From: an uncultured Pseudomonadales bacterium
GTDB taxonomy: Bacteria > Patescibacteriota > Microgenomatia > UBA1400 > PJMF01
Direction: 5' to 3'
Length of the DNA: 64,000 bases
Assembly: GCA_964637295.1 (NCBI GenBank)
Contig: CAZWWE010000001.1
Location: 121,808-185,807 of the forward strand
Positions 32,750-42,335 of this stretch are shown one piece after another. The position numbers and the translations under genes were made by a program. The notes beneath the pieces are model-generated. The model did no database searches, was not told the DNA's origin, and saw nothing but the letters and a program-made list of their open reading frames with translations. Position 1 is the stretch's first letter; each line of letters starts with the position of its first letter.

Positions 32750-33880
32750 ATGCCAAAAATTTTAGCGATTGACACCAGTTGTGATGACAGCAGCGCTGCT
32801 ATTGTAGATGGCTCAACGGTGCAGAGTAATATTGTAGCCTCACAAAACCAAATTCATAAGCAATATGGCGGGGTTTTCCCAACCGTTGCTAAAAGTGAAC
32901 ACCAAAAAAATCTCGATCCCACCATTCATTTGGCCATGAAACAAGCACAGGTTGCCTGGTCAGAAATCGTGGCGATTGCCGTCACCATTGGTCCTGGCTT
33001 GGCTCCAGCACTTGAAGTGGGAATCGAAAAAGCCAAAGAATTGGCCCAAAAATATCACAAAAAAATCATTGCGGTTAATCACATTGAAGCTCATGCTCTC
33101 TCGCCTTTGGCGATCAATCATGGTCAAAAAAATAGCGGTGCGGCAAGAATAAATCTACCTAGTCTAGCGCTGGTCATTTCTGGCGGGCACAGCGAATTTA
33201 TTCTCGTAAATAAGATCGGCCATTACCAGATTATTGGCCAAACCATTGATGATGCAGCTGGCGAATGTTTGGATAAAGTTGGTCGCTTGTTGAATTTAGG
33301 CTATCCAGCTGGGCCACTCTTGGAGAAATTTGCTAAAAAAGGTCATCCTGATAAGTTTACTTTTCCCAAAGCCATGACTGCTCAGGCTAATTTTGACTTA
33401 AGTTTTTCAGGACTCAAAACTGCTGCGCGCACTTTAATTGATGATTTGGCAAAGCAAAAGCAATTAGACAAACAAAGCATTTATGATTTGGCCCTCGCCA
33501 TACAAACAGCGGTTTTTGCTCAAATTGCCTATAAGTTAGAAAGAATTTTGTTCAGTCCCAATTTGAAACAAAAACTTTATCCCCATCGCGATTTTATGAA
33601 ACATCTCAAAAAAGGCCAAATCATACCTAGTGAAATTAACGAAATTTGGCTTGGTGGCGGCGTCGCCGCCAATATAAGCTTGAGAAAAATAATCAGAAAA
33701 ACTCTTCGGGAATATCAACAATTGAGTAGCAAAAAAATCGAATTAAAAGTTCCTTATAGCAAAAAACTTTGTGGGGACAATGCGGCCATGATTGGCTTAG
33801 TTGCAAACTTTAAATACCAAAAAGGCGAATTTGCAAATAGTGCTATTTTGGACCGAAAACCAAATTTAAACATTTCTTAA
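32750..33880 (+). CDS. tsaD: tRNA N6-adenosine threonylcarbamoyltransferase TsaD (Kae1/YgjD family)
   Basis: ILAIDTSCDDSSAAIV…, metal-binding HxxH region (…NHIEAHAL…). The ATG is 1 nt after the fusion-gene stop. The track ORF begins upstream at 32711. Confidence 0.8.
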   Translation: MPKILAIDTSCDDSSAAIVDGSTVQSNIVASQNQIHKQYGGVFPTVAKSEHQKNLDPTIHLAMKQAQVAWSEIVAIAVTIGPGLAPALEVGIEKAKELAQKYHKKIIAVNHIEAHALSPLAINHGQKNSGAARINLPSLALVISGGHSEFILVNKIGHYQIIGQTIDDAAGECLDKVGRLLNLGYPAGPLLEKFAKKGHPDKFTFPKAMTAQANFDLSFSGLKTAARTLIDDLAKQKQLDKQSIYDLALAIQTAVFAQIAYKLERILFSPNLKQKLYPHRDFMKHLKKGQIIPSEINEIWLGGGVAANISLRKIIRKTLREYQQLSSKKIELKVPYSKKLCGDNAAMIGLVANFKYQKGEFANSAILDRKPNLNIS

Positions 33881-33916
33881 AAATAACTAGTTAAAGCTTG
33901 TGCTAAGATATATCTA

Positions 33917-35728
33917 GTGAAAGAGGCTCAATTCGTATCAATTTTAGCTCATCCTAGAGTAGATTTTTGTGCTGAGGTTGTAGCCAATCACAATCGCCAG
34001 CTAGTGATTGCCTATTCACTTAAAGGTCAAAATGCCAATAGTTTTTGCAAAGATTTGGCCCAAGAATTTTCAGGCTGGCACATCAGTAGTCCAGAAAATT
34101 TGCATCAAAAAATTCTTGATCTTTTAGTTTTTACTCATCAAGCAAAACTAGAATTAGCTTTTTCTCTCGCTTGTTTGCCAGCCATTGATCAACCGCAATT
34201 GCAAATCATTTTAGCGAGTTTTAATGGCCAAATTATTTTACAAAGAAAACAACAAGCCAAAATTATCCTGGAGAGTGTGGGTGAAATTAAAATGATTGTC
34301 GGCAACTGGCAAGCAAATGACCAAATTATTTTAAGCAATCAAGCGGCTAAAACCTTCAATGAAAACATTTTCAAATTATTGGAGGCGCAGGTCAGCCAAG
34401 AAAAATTGATTGCCTCACTGAGTTTATTGCAAAATCAAAAGCAAGACTTAGAAAGTAGCTTGGCCCTTGTGACTTATCAAGAAAAAATTTTTGCGGCCAC
34501 TCAGGTCATTCAGCATAGTCAAAAACAAAAAATTCAAAACTTATTCAAAAAAATTCAAACAATTGCTTTAAAAATCCCTAATTTTTTCAAAAAAATTAAA
34601 GATTTAATAAAAAAAATTTATACATGGCTCAAAAAACAAAATAGAAAAAAAGTAATCATCGCTCTTTTAGCGATTTTAGCTTGCATCATCATTTCTACAA
34701 CTATAGGTCTATGGCTCAAGCAGGATAAGCAAAAAAAATTGACGGCCATTCAAACCCAAATTGAATTAATCAAACAGGAAACTAGTCAAATTGATCAATT
34801 AGTATTACAACAACCGTTACTTGCCAGAGAAAAAGCACAAACTAGTTTAATAGCTTTGCAAAACTTGAAAAAAGAAAATAATCAGCCAAGTAGCGCGAAG
34901 CTCATCGATGCAGCCATCGCCCAATTAGAAAATCAAATTGCTCAAATTGCTGGAGAAAACTCTTTAGATCGTTTGTCGATTGCTTATGATTTAGGTAACT
35001 TTCTAGGGACTAAAATTGCACTAGCAAATGAAAATATTTATGTTTTGGAAAGCAATAATCAAGAAATTTTAAAAATTAATGCAGATCGCAGTCAAGAAAA
35101 AATTGCTTTAGCAAATACAAGCAAGCTCCAAGATTTTACGATTAGCGACAATAAATTATTTATTTTAAGCAATGGTTTACAAATGCTCGACTTACTTGCA
35201 AAAGAGCGTGGGTTTAGCACCATTAAACAGACGGGTGAATCAGATCGAGAAGCCAACCAACTAGAGAGTTTTGGCCCATACTTATATTTGATCAATAAAA
35301 ATAAACGCAACATCTATCGTTACTATTATCACAATGATCAATTAAGTGAACCGATCGGTTGGTTGATTGACAAACAAGGACTTAGTTTTGAACAAATCAA
35401 TGACTTAGCGGTCGATGGCGACCTGTGGCTAACAACTAAAAGCGGTCAAATCATGAAATTTAGTAAGGGTTCTCAAGTAGATTTTCAAATTAAAGGTTTA
35501 GGCAGCTTGCCTAATAGTCCACTTACTCTGAGTACTAATGAACAGATTGATCGCTTGGCGGTCTTAGAAAAACAAAACAAACGCTTACTAATTTTAACTA
35601 AAGACGGTCAATTAATTAATGAAATCAAAAGCAATGAATTATCTGGTGTCAGTAGTATTACTTTTAATTCAAATGGACAAAAAATTTATGCCCTCAGTGG
35701 CTCAATTATTTACGAAATAACCTTATAA
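33917..35728 (+). CDS. hypothetical membrane protein (central TM helix, C-terminal possibly beta-rich domain)
   Basis: 603-aa ORF; TM segment VIIALLAILACIIISTTIGLWL; no assignable domain. Confidence 0.4.
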   Translation: MKEAQFVSILAHPRVDFCAEVVANHNRQLVIAYSLKGQNANSFCKDLAQEFSGWHISSPENLHQKILDLLVFTHQAKLELAFSLACLPAIDQPQLQIILASFNGQIILQRKQQAKIILESVGEIKMIVGNWQANDQIILSNQAAKTFNENIFKLLEAQVSQEKLIASLSLLQNQKQDLESSLALVTYQEKIFAATQVIQHSQKQKIQNLFKKIQTIALKIPNFFKKIKDLIKKIYTWLKKQNRKKVIIALLAILACIIISTTIGLWLKQDKQKKLTAIQTQIELIKQETSQIDQLVLQQPLLAREKAQTSLIALQNLKKENNQPSSAKLIDAAIAQLENQIAQIAGENSLDRLSIAYDLGNFLGTKIALANENIYVLESNNQEILKINADRSQEKIALANTSKLQDFTISDNKLFILSNGLQMLDLLAKERGFSTIKQTGESDREANQLESFGPYLYLINKNKRNIYRYYYHNDQLSEPIGWLIDKQGLSFEQINDLAVDGDLWLTTKSGQIMKFSKGSQVDFQIKGLGSLPNSPLTLSTNEQIDRLAVLEKQNKRLLILTKDGQLINEIKSNELSGVSSITFNSNGQKIYALSGSIIYEITL

Positions 35729-35801
35729 AATCTGATTAAACACCAATAGTTGCCCAAAGCCCTCATGAGCAAATCTTTGAAAAAATGCTAAAATAAGCCA
35801 A

Positions 35802-36254
35802 ATGTCGCTGATTTTCAACAAAAAAGCTCAGTATGAGTATGTGATTGGCAAAAAATTTGTAGCCGGCCTGATTTTGAGTGGAGCAGAAGTCAAAAGCTTG
35901 CGTTTAAAACAAGGCAGCCTAAATGGCAGCTACATCAAAGAAATTGCCGGAGAACTTTATCTGATCAATGCTCAAATTAACGCTTATGCTTTTGCTCAAC
36001 AAGAAAATTACGATCCCAAAAGATTGCGCAAATTATTGCTCAAAAAAAGTGAACTGCAAAATTTGATTGAAGCCAGTCACCAAAAAGGCTTGGCCATTGT
36101 GCCACTGAGTATTTTTTTAGCTCATAATCGACTAAAGCTGGAATTAGCGCTCGCCAAGGGCAAAAAAGAATTCGAAAAAAGAGAAAGCTTGAAAAAAAGA
36201 GATTTACAAAGAGAGTTAGCTTCAAAAGATAAAAAAATTAGAATTAATATTTAA
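35802..36254 (+). CDS. smpB: SsrA-binding protein SmpB
   Basis: 150 aa with a conserved SmpB N-terminal pattern (…NKKAQYEYVIGKKFVAGLILSGAEVKSLR…). Confidence 0.85.
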   Translation: MSLIFNKKAQYEYVIGKKFVAGLILSGAEVKSLRLKQGSLNGSYIKEIAGELYLINAQINAYAFAQQENYDPKRLRKLLLKKSELQNLIEASHQKGLAIVPLSIFLAHNRLKLELALAKGKKEFEKRESLKKRDLQRELASKDKKIRINI

Positions 36255-36308
36255 TTAAATTATAAAATCCCACTTGTTCTATCATAGAAATTAAGCTTTA
36301 ATGAAACT

Positions 36309-36536
36309 ATGCCTAAAAAAGTATTTTGGCCAGTTACTTTAGTAGTTATGGGACTCATTTTCATGGCTTCCAATATGGGCTACTTACCTCAAGCTTTTTG
36401 GAATTTGTGGCCACTCATTTTGGTCATCGTTGGCTTGGGTGGACTGATCACTGCCGATCGTGAAGAATGGCTAGTAGAAAATAAAAAAACCCTTACTAAA
36501 AAAACTGCCCCAAAAAAGAAAAAGTCAAAAAAATAA
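36309..36536 (+). CDS. small membrane protein with lysine-rich tail
   Basis: 75 aa, two TM helices, C-terminal KKTAPKKKKSKK. Confidence 0.35.
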   Translation: MPKKVFWPVTLVVMGLIFMASNMGYLPQAFWNLWPLILVIVGLGGLITADREEWLVENKKTLTKKTAPKKKKSKK

Positions 36537-36539
36537 AGA

Positions 36540-37253
36540 ATGATTGCTATGCGCCAAGCATTTCAAATCGCCATTGATGGTCCTGTGGCTGCGGGCAAAG
36601 GTACTGTTTCCAGACTTCTAGCTCAGAAACTAGGTTTTCTTTACGTAGATACTGGAGCCATGTATCGAGCTACCGCTCTGCTCGCTCTAAGAGAAAAAGT
36701 AGATCTTGCCGATGAAGAAAAAGTAGTCAATTTACTAAAAAATAGTAAATTAGAAATGCGTAATCCTCTGGCGCCTAAAGAGCTAGATGGTCGCCTCACT
36801 ACAGTCATTCTTAATGACGAAGACGTTTCTTGGGCTATTCGCACCCAAAAATGTGGCGATGGTTCTTCAAAAGTTGCTTTATTGCCGAAATTAAGACAAG
36901 TCTTGGTGCGCAAACAACAAGAAATTGCTGATCAACAAAACGTAGTCATGGAAGGTCGAGACATCACGTTTAGGGTGTTACCCACCGCTAATTTAAAAAT
37001 TTTTCTCACCGCCGATGTGCAGTCAAGAGCTTTGCGTCGTCATGCTCAATACCTCAATAAAGGTGTGAGCATTTCCCTGGCAGAAGTACAGCAAGAAATC
37101 AAAGAAAGAGATGAAAGAGATATGAAAAGAAACACTGATCCGCTGCAAATTGTCAAAGAAGCTTGGGTTCTAGACACCAGCAATTTAGAAATTCCAGAAG
37201 TAGTAGATTTAATTATCCAAAAAGTCAAAACTCTACAGCAAAAGCAGTCATAA
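36540..37253 (+). CDS. cmk: cytidylate kinase
   Basis: IAIDGPVAAGKGTVSRLLAQKLGFLYVDTGAMYRA matches the Cmk N-terminus. Confidence 0.85.
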   Translation: MIAMRQAFQIAIDGPVAAGKGTVSRLLAQKLGFLYVDTGAMYRATALLALREKVDLADEEKVVNLLKNSKLEMRNPLAPKELDGRLTTVILNDEDVSWAIRTQKCGDGSSKVALLPKLRQVLVRKQQEIADQQNVVMEGRDITFRVLPTANLKIFLTADVQSRALRRHAQYLNKGVSISLAEVQQEIKERDERDMKRNTDPLQIVKEAWVLDTSNLEIPEVVDLIIQKVKTLQQKQS

Positions 37254-37272
37254 ACAAAGCACTCATAATAAA

Positions 37273-37482
37273 ATGAAGAAAAATTATCAAACAGATCCAC
37301 GTTTGCTACAAGATCTTAATCAAAAAACCGCGCAAATTGAAGCCGCTTATTTAGCCAAACAGAGTAAAAAGCGTCAAAGAAAAGTTGAAAAAGAAGAGCT
37401 GAGTCAAAGATGGGTGGCTCCGCTATTATTGCTCATGACTCTCGTCACTGGTTTTTTAGTTTCACTCATTTTTAATCACTAA
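37273..37482 (+). CDS. small hypothetical protein with C-terminal TM helix
   Basis: 69-aa ORF; overlaps the 3' end of the convergent PBP gene by ~20 nt. Confidence 0.25.
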   Translation: MKKNYQTDPRLLQDLNQKTAQIEAAYLAKQSKKRQRKVEKEELSQRWVAPLLLLMTLVTGFLVSLIFNH

Positions 37483-39888
37483 ATTATCAAAAGAATTATC
37501 ACCACAAGCTTGTTTGGGTTCAGTGCCCTTGATAAAAATTTCCTCAGTCACTCGAGGACATTTAGCGCAAGGCAAAGTGCCAGTGGTGGCGCAAATTTTG
37601 ATTTTAATCATGTTTTCAGGTATCAAAAAACGATGAGGTTTTTGATCATCTAAAAGCAAAAGCATAATTTTATTCCAAATTGGTGAAGCCCCAGTTATTC
37701 CAGAGGCAACGTAGCTCATGGGACTATTGTCATTATTGCCCACCCAAGTAGCGACTAAACGATCGGTAGTATAACCAATCGTCCAATTATCTTTCATGCT
37801 ATTGGTGGTCCCCGTTTTAACAGCCACTTGTTGATTAGGAATATTGAGCACAGAAAAAGCCCCAAAAGCAGGCGTGCGTGCTCGATTATCAAGTAAAATA
37901 TCAGTGATCAAATAAGCCGCCTTAGGGCTCAATTCAAGATTTTCATAACAATTACTTGTTTCCAAAGCACATTGATTGCGATAAAGCAGTTCTCCCTTGT
38001 AATTACTGATTTCTAAAAATGGATTAAGGGTAACTGGATAACCAAGATTGGCAAAGGTACTATAAACAGTTGCCAACTCCGTCATTAGTACTTCGCCTGC
38101 ACCCAAAGTTAAAGATAAGCCAAAACGCTTTCTATCTTGCCAAGTCTTGATGCCCAAAGCCTCAGCCTTATCAATTAAATTATTGACGCCCAATTCCGCT
38201 GCTAATTTAACAGCTGGAATATTATAAGAAGAAGCTAAAGCCTCTCTTAGGGTCACGCGCCCATGAAAACGACCGTCATAATTTTTGGGCGCATAAGGTT
38301 TACTGCCAGGAATTTGATAAACCACGGGCGCATCCTCAATGATTGAGGCCGCATTTTTACCTTTTTCAAAAGCTAAGGCATAAGTCAGCGGCTTAATTGA
38401 TGAGCCTGGTTGACGCGGACGAATAGTCACATTAACTTGCCCATCATGCACAAAATCATAGTAATTAGCTCCACCAATCATCGCTAAAATTTCACCAGTT
38501 TTAGGATTGGTCACCAAAGCAGCGCCATTGCTAATTTTAAAATTTTTTAATTTTGCCACCTCCGCTGTTACAATTTCTTGTGCTTGATTTTGTAAATCAA
38601 GATCCAGGGATGTTTTCACTTCTAAACCACCCTTGGCCACCACTTCTTCACCGTATTTTAAAGCTAATAATTTTCTGATATACATCACAAAATGTGGTGC
38701 TTGAATATCAATTTTATCTTGATTAAAAACTAAAATTTCTTGCTTTGCCTGATCAGCTTGTAATTGGCTAATGTAACCGTCTTCAACCATGCGACGCAAA
38801 ACTTCAGCTTGTCTTTCATAGGCTAATTCCGGATTAGCCCCAAAAGGCGTGTAAGTTGAGGGAGCTTGAGGTAAACCCGCTAACAATGCCGCTTCTGCCA
38901 AACTCAAATTCCGAGCCGACTTATTAAAATAACGCCAAGAAGCTTCTTCAATTCCATAAGTTGAACCACCATAAGGCACGGTGTTAAGATACATTTCTAA
39001 AATTTGCTCTTTGCTATAAATACGCTCAGCAATTAAAGATAATAAAAGTTCACGAATTTTACGGCGATAGGTTTTTTCATTACTTAATAAACGATTTTTA
39101 ATTAATTGCTGAGTAATTGTCGAGCCTCCCTGCATCGTTTCACCTGCAAAATTTTTTAAGACTGCTCTAAAAATACCTTTGAAAGAAAATCCCCAGTGCT
39201 TATAAAAATTTTGATCTTCAATAGCGACGGTGGCATCTTTTAGATATTGCGAAACTAAAGGCAAAGCAATCAAAGTCCGGTTTTCATCTTCATAAATCCG
39301 ATAAAGTAAATTACCATTTCGATCCAAAATTCTTGTAGTTAAATTTTGTTCTTTATTAGATAAATCTGTAGGAGAAGGCAAATCTTTGATCGCCAAATCA
39401 TAAAACAAATAAGAGCTGCCTAAAAAAAGTAAAGTTAAAAAAACTGAAGTTAAATAAGAATAAAAAATGGGCTTTTTTTTTGGCCGACCAACTTTACGAT
39501 TTAAATGAAAAAATCTTAAAAGGCGAATTTTAAAAAAAATTAATTGATCATTAAATTTTTTGCTTTTTTTTTGCAAACGTTCTCTAAGCAAAACAAAAAA
39601 ACGCTGCCACTTAATATAAAAAGGCAATTTTTTTCGACCACGACCTTTTTTAATTTTTAGAAATTTTAAAATTAAAATATATTGATAGATCAATTTTTTT
39701 ATTGATTTATCTATTTTTTTAGACAGTTTCAAAAAATAATTTTTTAACCACCTTTTAAGTTTGATCGTAATTGGCAATTTGGGGCGACCACGCTTAATCA
39801 ATTTAGTTGAAGAAACAGCTTCAAAAACAATTTTTTCCTGCTTTAATCTATTTTTTTTAGCTTTTTGCGAATTATTTTTTTGAGCCAC
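37462..39888 (-). CDS. class A penicillin-binding protein (PBP1A type, transglycosylase + transpeptidase) with ~150-aa basic N-terminal tail
   Basis: GT51 motifs (EDQNFYKHWG, GGSTITQQL); transpeptidase domain. The N-terminal cytoplasmic region contains three GRPK/GRGRK repeats. Confidence 0.85.
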   Translation of the reverse strand: MAQKNNSQKAKKNRLKQEKIVFEAVSSTKLIKRGRPKLPITIKLKRWLKNYFLKLSKKIDKSIKKLIYQYILILKFLKIKKGRGRKKLPFYIKWQRFFVLLRERLQKKSKKFNDQLIFFKIRLLRFFHLNRKVGRPKKKPIFYSYLTSVFLTLLFLGSSYLFYDLAIKDLPSPTDLSNKEQNLTTRILDRNGNLLYRIYEDENRTLIALPLVSQYLKDATVAIEDQNFYKHWGFSFKGIFRAVLKNFAGETMQGGSTITQQLIKNRLLSNEKTYRRKIRELLLSLIAERIYSKEQILEMYLNTVPYGGSTYGIEEASWRYFNKSARNLSLAEAALLAGLPQAPSTYTPFGANPELAYERQAEVLRRMVEDGYISQLQADQAKQEILVFNQDKIDIQAPHFVMYIRKLLALKYGEEVVAKGGLEVKTSLDLDLQNQAQEIVTAEVAKLKNFKISNGAALVTNPKTGEILAMIGGANYYDFVHDGQVNVTIRPRQPGSSIKPLTYALAFEKGKNAASIIEDAPVVYQIPGSKPYAPKNYDGRFHGRVTLREALASSYNIPAVKLAAELGVNNLIDKAEALGIKTWQDRKRFGLSLTLGAGEVLMTELATVYSTFANLGYPVTLNPFLEISNYKGELLYRNQCALETSNCYENLELSPKAAYLITDILLDNRARTPAFGAFSVLNIPNQQVAVKTGTTNSMKDNWTIGYTTDRLVATWVGNNDNSPMSYVASGITGASPIWNKIMLLLLDDQKPHRFLIPENMIKIKICATTGTLPCAKCPRVTEEIFIKGTEPKQACGDNSFDNLVIKNE

Positions 39889-39932
39889 AATGGGGCTATT
39901 TTAGCATGTAAAAATGAACAAAAAGCATCAAA

Positions 39933-42140
39933 TTAAATCGGACAAGCACCGCTGTCACATTTGAGATGTTCTAAACTAATATCTTCTAATAATTCATTGT
40001 CTTCATCACTAATTTCATTAATCACTTGCATAAATTGGCCAATGGTCACTGCCTCTTCTGGCTGATATTCATAAGCTGTGACGTCAATCTTGGGCATCAC
40101 ACTACAAGTTTTAATTAATGGTTGATATTTACGAATCATATTAGAAAATTTACGATAGGAAACTTTTTCCGGATCATATTTCAAAGTGTATGAAACCTGA
40201 TTACCCTTATCTTCTGGCAAAGGTTGACCAGCTTCATCAACTCCCACAATCCAATATTTTTCGATCAACATCAGCCACTTATATTGTTCTTCCGGCGTTG
40301 CTTCGCTGGCCGTAATCAGTTTGTCATTCATCCCTAAACTACAAATTTCTGGCTGAGTAGGAAAACCAATGACCGTTGTACCCTGATAACTTTTCAGTTC
40401 TTTACTTGGATAGCCTAATTTCTGATATTTTTTGACCAAGGGATCGTCACTACTAAACTGCACCCAACGAATGTATTCGCGCATCGCAGGTAAATGTGCT
40501 CCTTCAGACAGACTAAAAAGTTTAGAAGTCGTCCCAGCCGGCTTGATAGTAGTGTTAGTGTGCGGCACATTAACTCCAAGTTTTTTGGCATAACTCATAG
40601 ATTCATCTTGAACAGCTCTTTTAAATCTAGCAATAGTCATCCAAAAATCTTTAGTTTTTTCTTCATCGATTAAATCACGAAAGCCATAACCAAAAGCATT
40701 CCAAGCATATTCATGAATACCAGTCATGCCTACTCCAATGCGATTGGTTCTTTTGACTTCACGCGAATACAAGCTGTCCATGTAAGTATTAACTCTCATC
40801 AAAGCACGAGTTGCCACGCGAAAAGCTTCTTCCGCAGCTTCAACATCTGGAGCATGATAAGGCACCACATCAGCAATTACACAGTATCCACCAAGCATAT
40901 TAAGAGTAATTTCACCACAAGGATTGGGAATTTGAGTGTAATATTTCGCTCCAGCATGTCTCGCCACTTCGGCTAACATTTTGACGGTTTTTTTCATCGG
41001 TGCAAATTTTTTACTTTTGGCATAGCGCCCATCTAAATAACCATCAAAACCCTCATCGTTTTGCACTAACTTGTGCTGATTAACCAAACCAGGTTCACCA
41101 GTTTTGTCAAAATAAGAAGCTCGCATAATCGCATCTAAAACCTTAATTGAATGCTGACTACGTTGCTTCCAAAATTTTTCATCCACCGCCACGCTGTTAT
41201 TAGCAGACCATAAAAAACCACCTTTTTTGATCGAAATAAACTCAAAAATATCTGGATCAGTCCAAGTTTTAACGGCAATACGGGCGGCGCGGCGCGCGCC
41301 GCCCACCAAAACACATTCTGATAAATAATGATCAACGTACAAAGCTTGCTTCCAAGGTTTCATTCCCGAACCTTTGATTGTGGCTACTTTTTGAATCGCT
41401 TTGATTAAAGGTCTTGGCCCTGAAGCCGGGCGACCCTGCATACCACCAATAGGCGAGCCTTTAGCTCTCACTTTACTAAAATCTAAAATCAGCGTATCGT
41501 TTTTGAATTTGCGCTCGTAAGCCATTTCTTCGATTTTTTCGACTGCTTGCGCCCAACCTTCTCTCGTATCCGGAATTTCAAACCAGTGGGCATTTTCATA
41601 CTTATGACGAGCTTCACGAGTGCTTTCATCATCACCCCACACAAAATCAGCGTGAGCGTCACTTAAAACACAACGCACGATCGGCATGTAATCCCAATCC
41701 ACCACCATTAAAGCATCGTCATAAGCTCGCCCCACTCCTGAGCCATTTAACAATAAATAAAATAACAAGAATGAAGAAGAAGCCGTACTGCAATTGGTAA
41801 ACACTTCCATGTTGCGTTCCGGCTGACTTTCGTCACCATGCTGTAAATGACGGCCACTCATCAAAAGCGAAGCATTGGCGATGTGTTTGCGCAATAATTC
41901 ATATTCACCCTGACGATCTTTTTTGAATTTTTCTGGTAATAAAGCAGCATTGCCCAAAGCCACGCGATGCGCCACATCTGCCCAAGTTTCTAATTCACCG
42001 TTTTGTTTAGTACGCAAAATAGTGCGCTTAGCTACAGCTTCACCCAAACCTTTGGAAAGTTTACGATCTATGAATTTCATTTTTTTCTTTGGTAGCTGAT
42101 TGTTAGCAATTTTTTGCGCCATCATATGCAAATCTTTCAT
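39933..42140 (-). CDS. nrdJ: class II (adenosylcobalamin-dependent) ribonucleotide reductase, monomeric type
   Basis: 735 aa, NPCGEI active-site motif, C-terminal Cys pair (…CDSGACPI); adjacent nrdR. Confidence 0.8.
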   Translation of the reverse strand: MKDLHMMAQKIANNQLPKKKMKFIDRKLSKGLGEAVAKRTILRTKQNGELETWADVAHRVALGNAALLPEKFKKDRQGEYELLRKHIANASLLMSGRHLQHGDESQPERNMEVFTNCSTASSSFLLFYLLLNGSGVGRAYDDALMVVDWDYMPIVRCVLSDAHADFVWGDDESTREARHKYENAHWFEIPDTREGWAQAVEKIEEMAYERKFKNDTLILDFSKVRAKGSPIGGMQGRPASGPRPLIKAIQKVATIKGSGMKPWKQALYVDHYLSECVLVGGARRAARIAVKTWTDPDIFEFISIKKGGFLWSANNSVAVDEKFWKQRSQHSIKVLDAIMRASYFDKTGEPGLVNQHKLVQNDEGFDGYLDGRYAKSKKFAPMKKTVKMLAEVARHAGAKYYTQIPNPCGEITLNMLGGYCVIADVVPYHAPDVEAAEEAFRVATRALMRVNTYMDSLYSREVKRTNRIGVGMTGIHEYAWNAFGYGFRDLIDEEKTKDFWMTIARFKRAVQDESMSYAKKLGVNVPHTNTTIKPAGTTSKLFSLSEGAHLPAMREYIRWVQFSSDDPLVKKYQKLGYPSKELKSYQGTTVIGFPTQPEICSLGMNDKLITASEATPEEQYKWLMLIEKYWIVGVDEAGQPLPEDKGNQVSYTLKYDPEKVSYRKFSNMIRKYQPLIKTCSVMPKIDVTAYEYQPEEAVTIGQFMQVINEISDEDNELLEDISLEHLKCDSGACPI

Positions 42141-42166
42141 TTTTAATTACTTTATTGATACCAAAA

Positions 42167-42335
42167 ATTAATTTAGTCCTTTAACATAAGACCATTTGTA
42201 GGAGCTGAATCCAAACATCAATAAAAAATCATGTTTATAGACAGCGACTGCAATGAGTGTAGAAGAAGATTGTTAACTTAAATAAGCTAATAATTTTCGT
42301 CTAACGTGTCTTATGTTAAAGGACTAAATTAATTC
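42167..42335. repeat. structured intergenic element family, copy C (perfect 27-bp terminal inverted repeat AATTAATTTAGTCCTTTAACATAAGAC … GTCTTATGTTAAAGGACTAAATTAATT; conserved core)
   Basis: Arms 42167-42193 and 42309-42335. Core GAGTGTAGAAGAAGATTGTTAACTTAAATAAGCTAATAATTTTCGTCTAACGTGTC. It lies between nrdR (overlapping its stop) and nrdJ. Confidence 0.6.

Noticed and set aside
35729-36308. tmRNA (ssrA) next to smpB
   Set aside because: No tRNA-like 3' domain (GGTTCGA…CCA) or resume-codon region was found near smpB. ssrA must be elsewhere.
42141-42328. B12 (cobalamin) riboswitch upstream of nrdJ
   Set aside because: No B12-box-like motif is present. The region is instead occupied by the repeated structured element also found next to unrelated genes.
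42167-42335. 27-bp perfect inverted repeats as IS/MITE terminal inverted repeats
   Set aside because: There is no transposase or target-site duplication, and the arm sequences differ between copies while remaining complementary. This points to structural selection rather than a shared transposase-binding TIR. MITE origin cannot be fully excluded.
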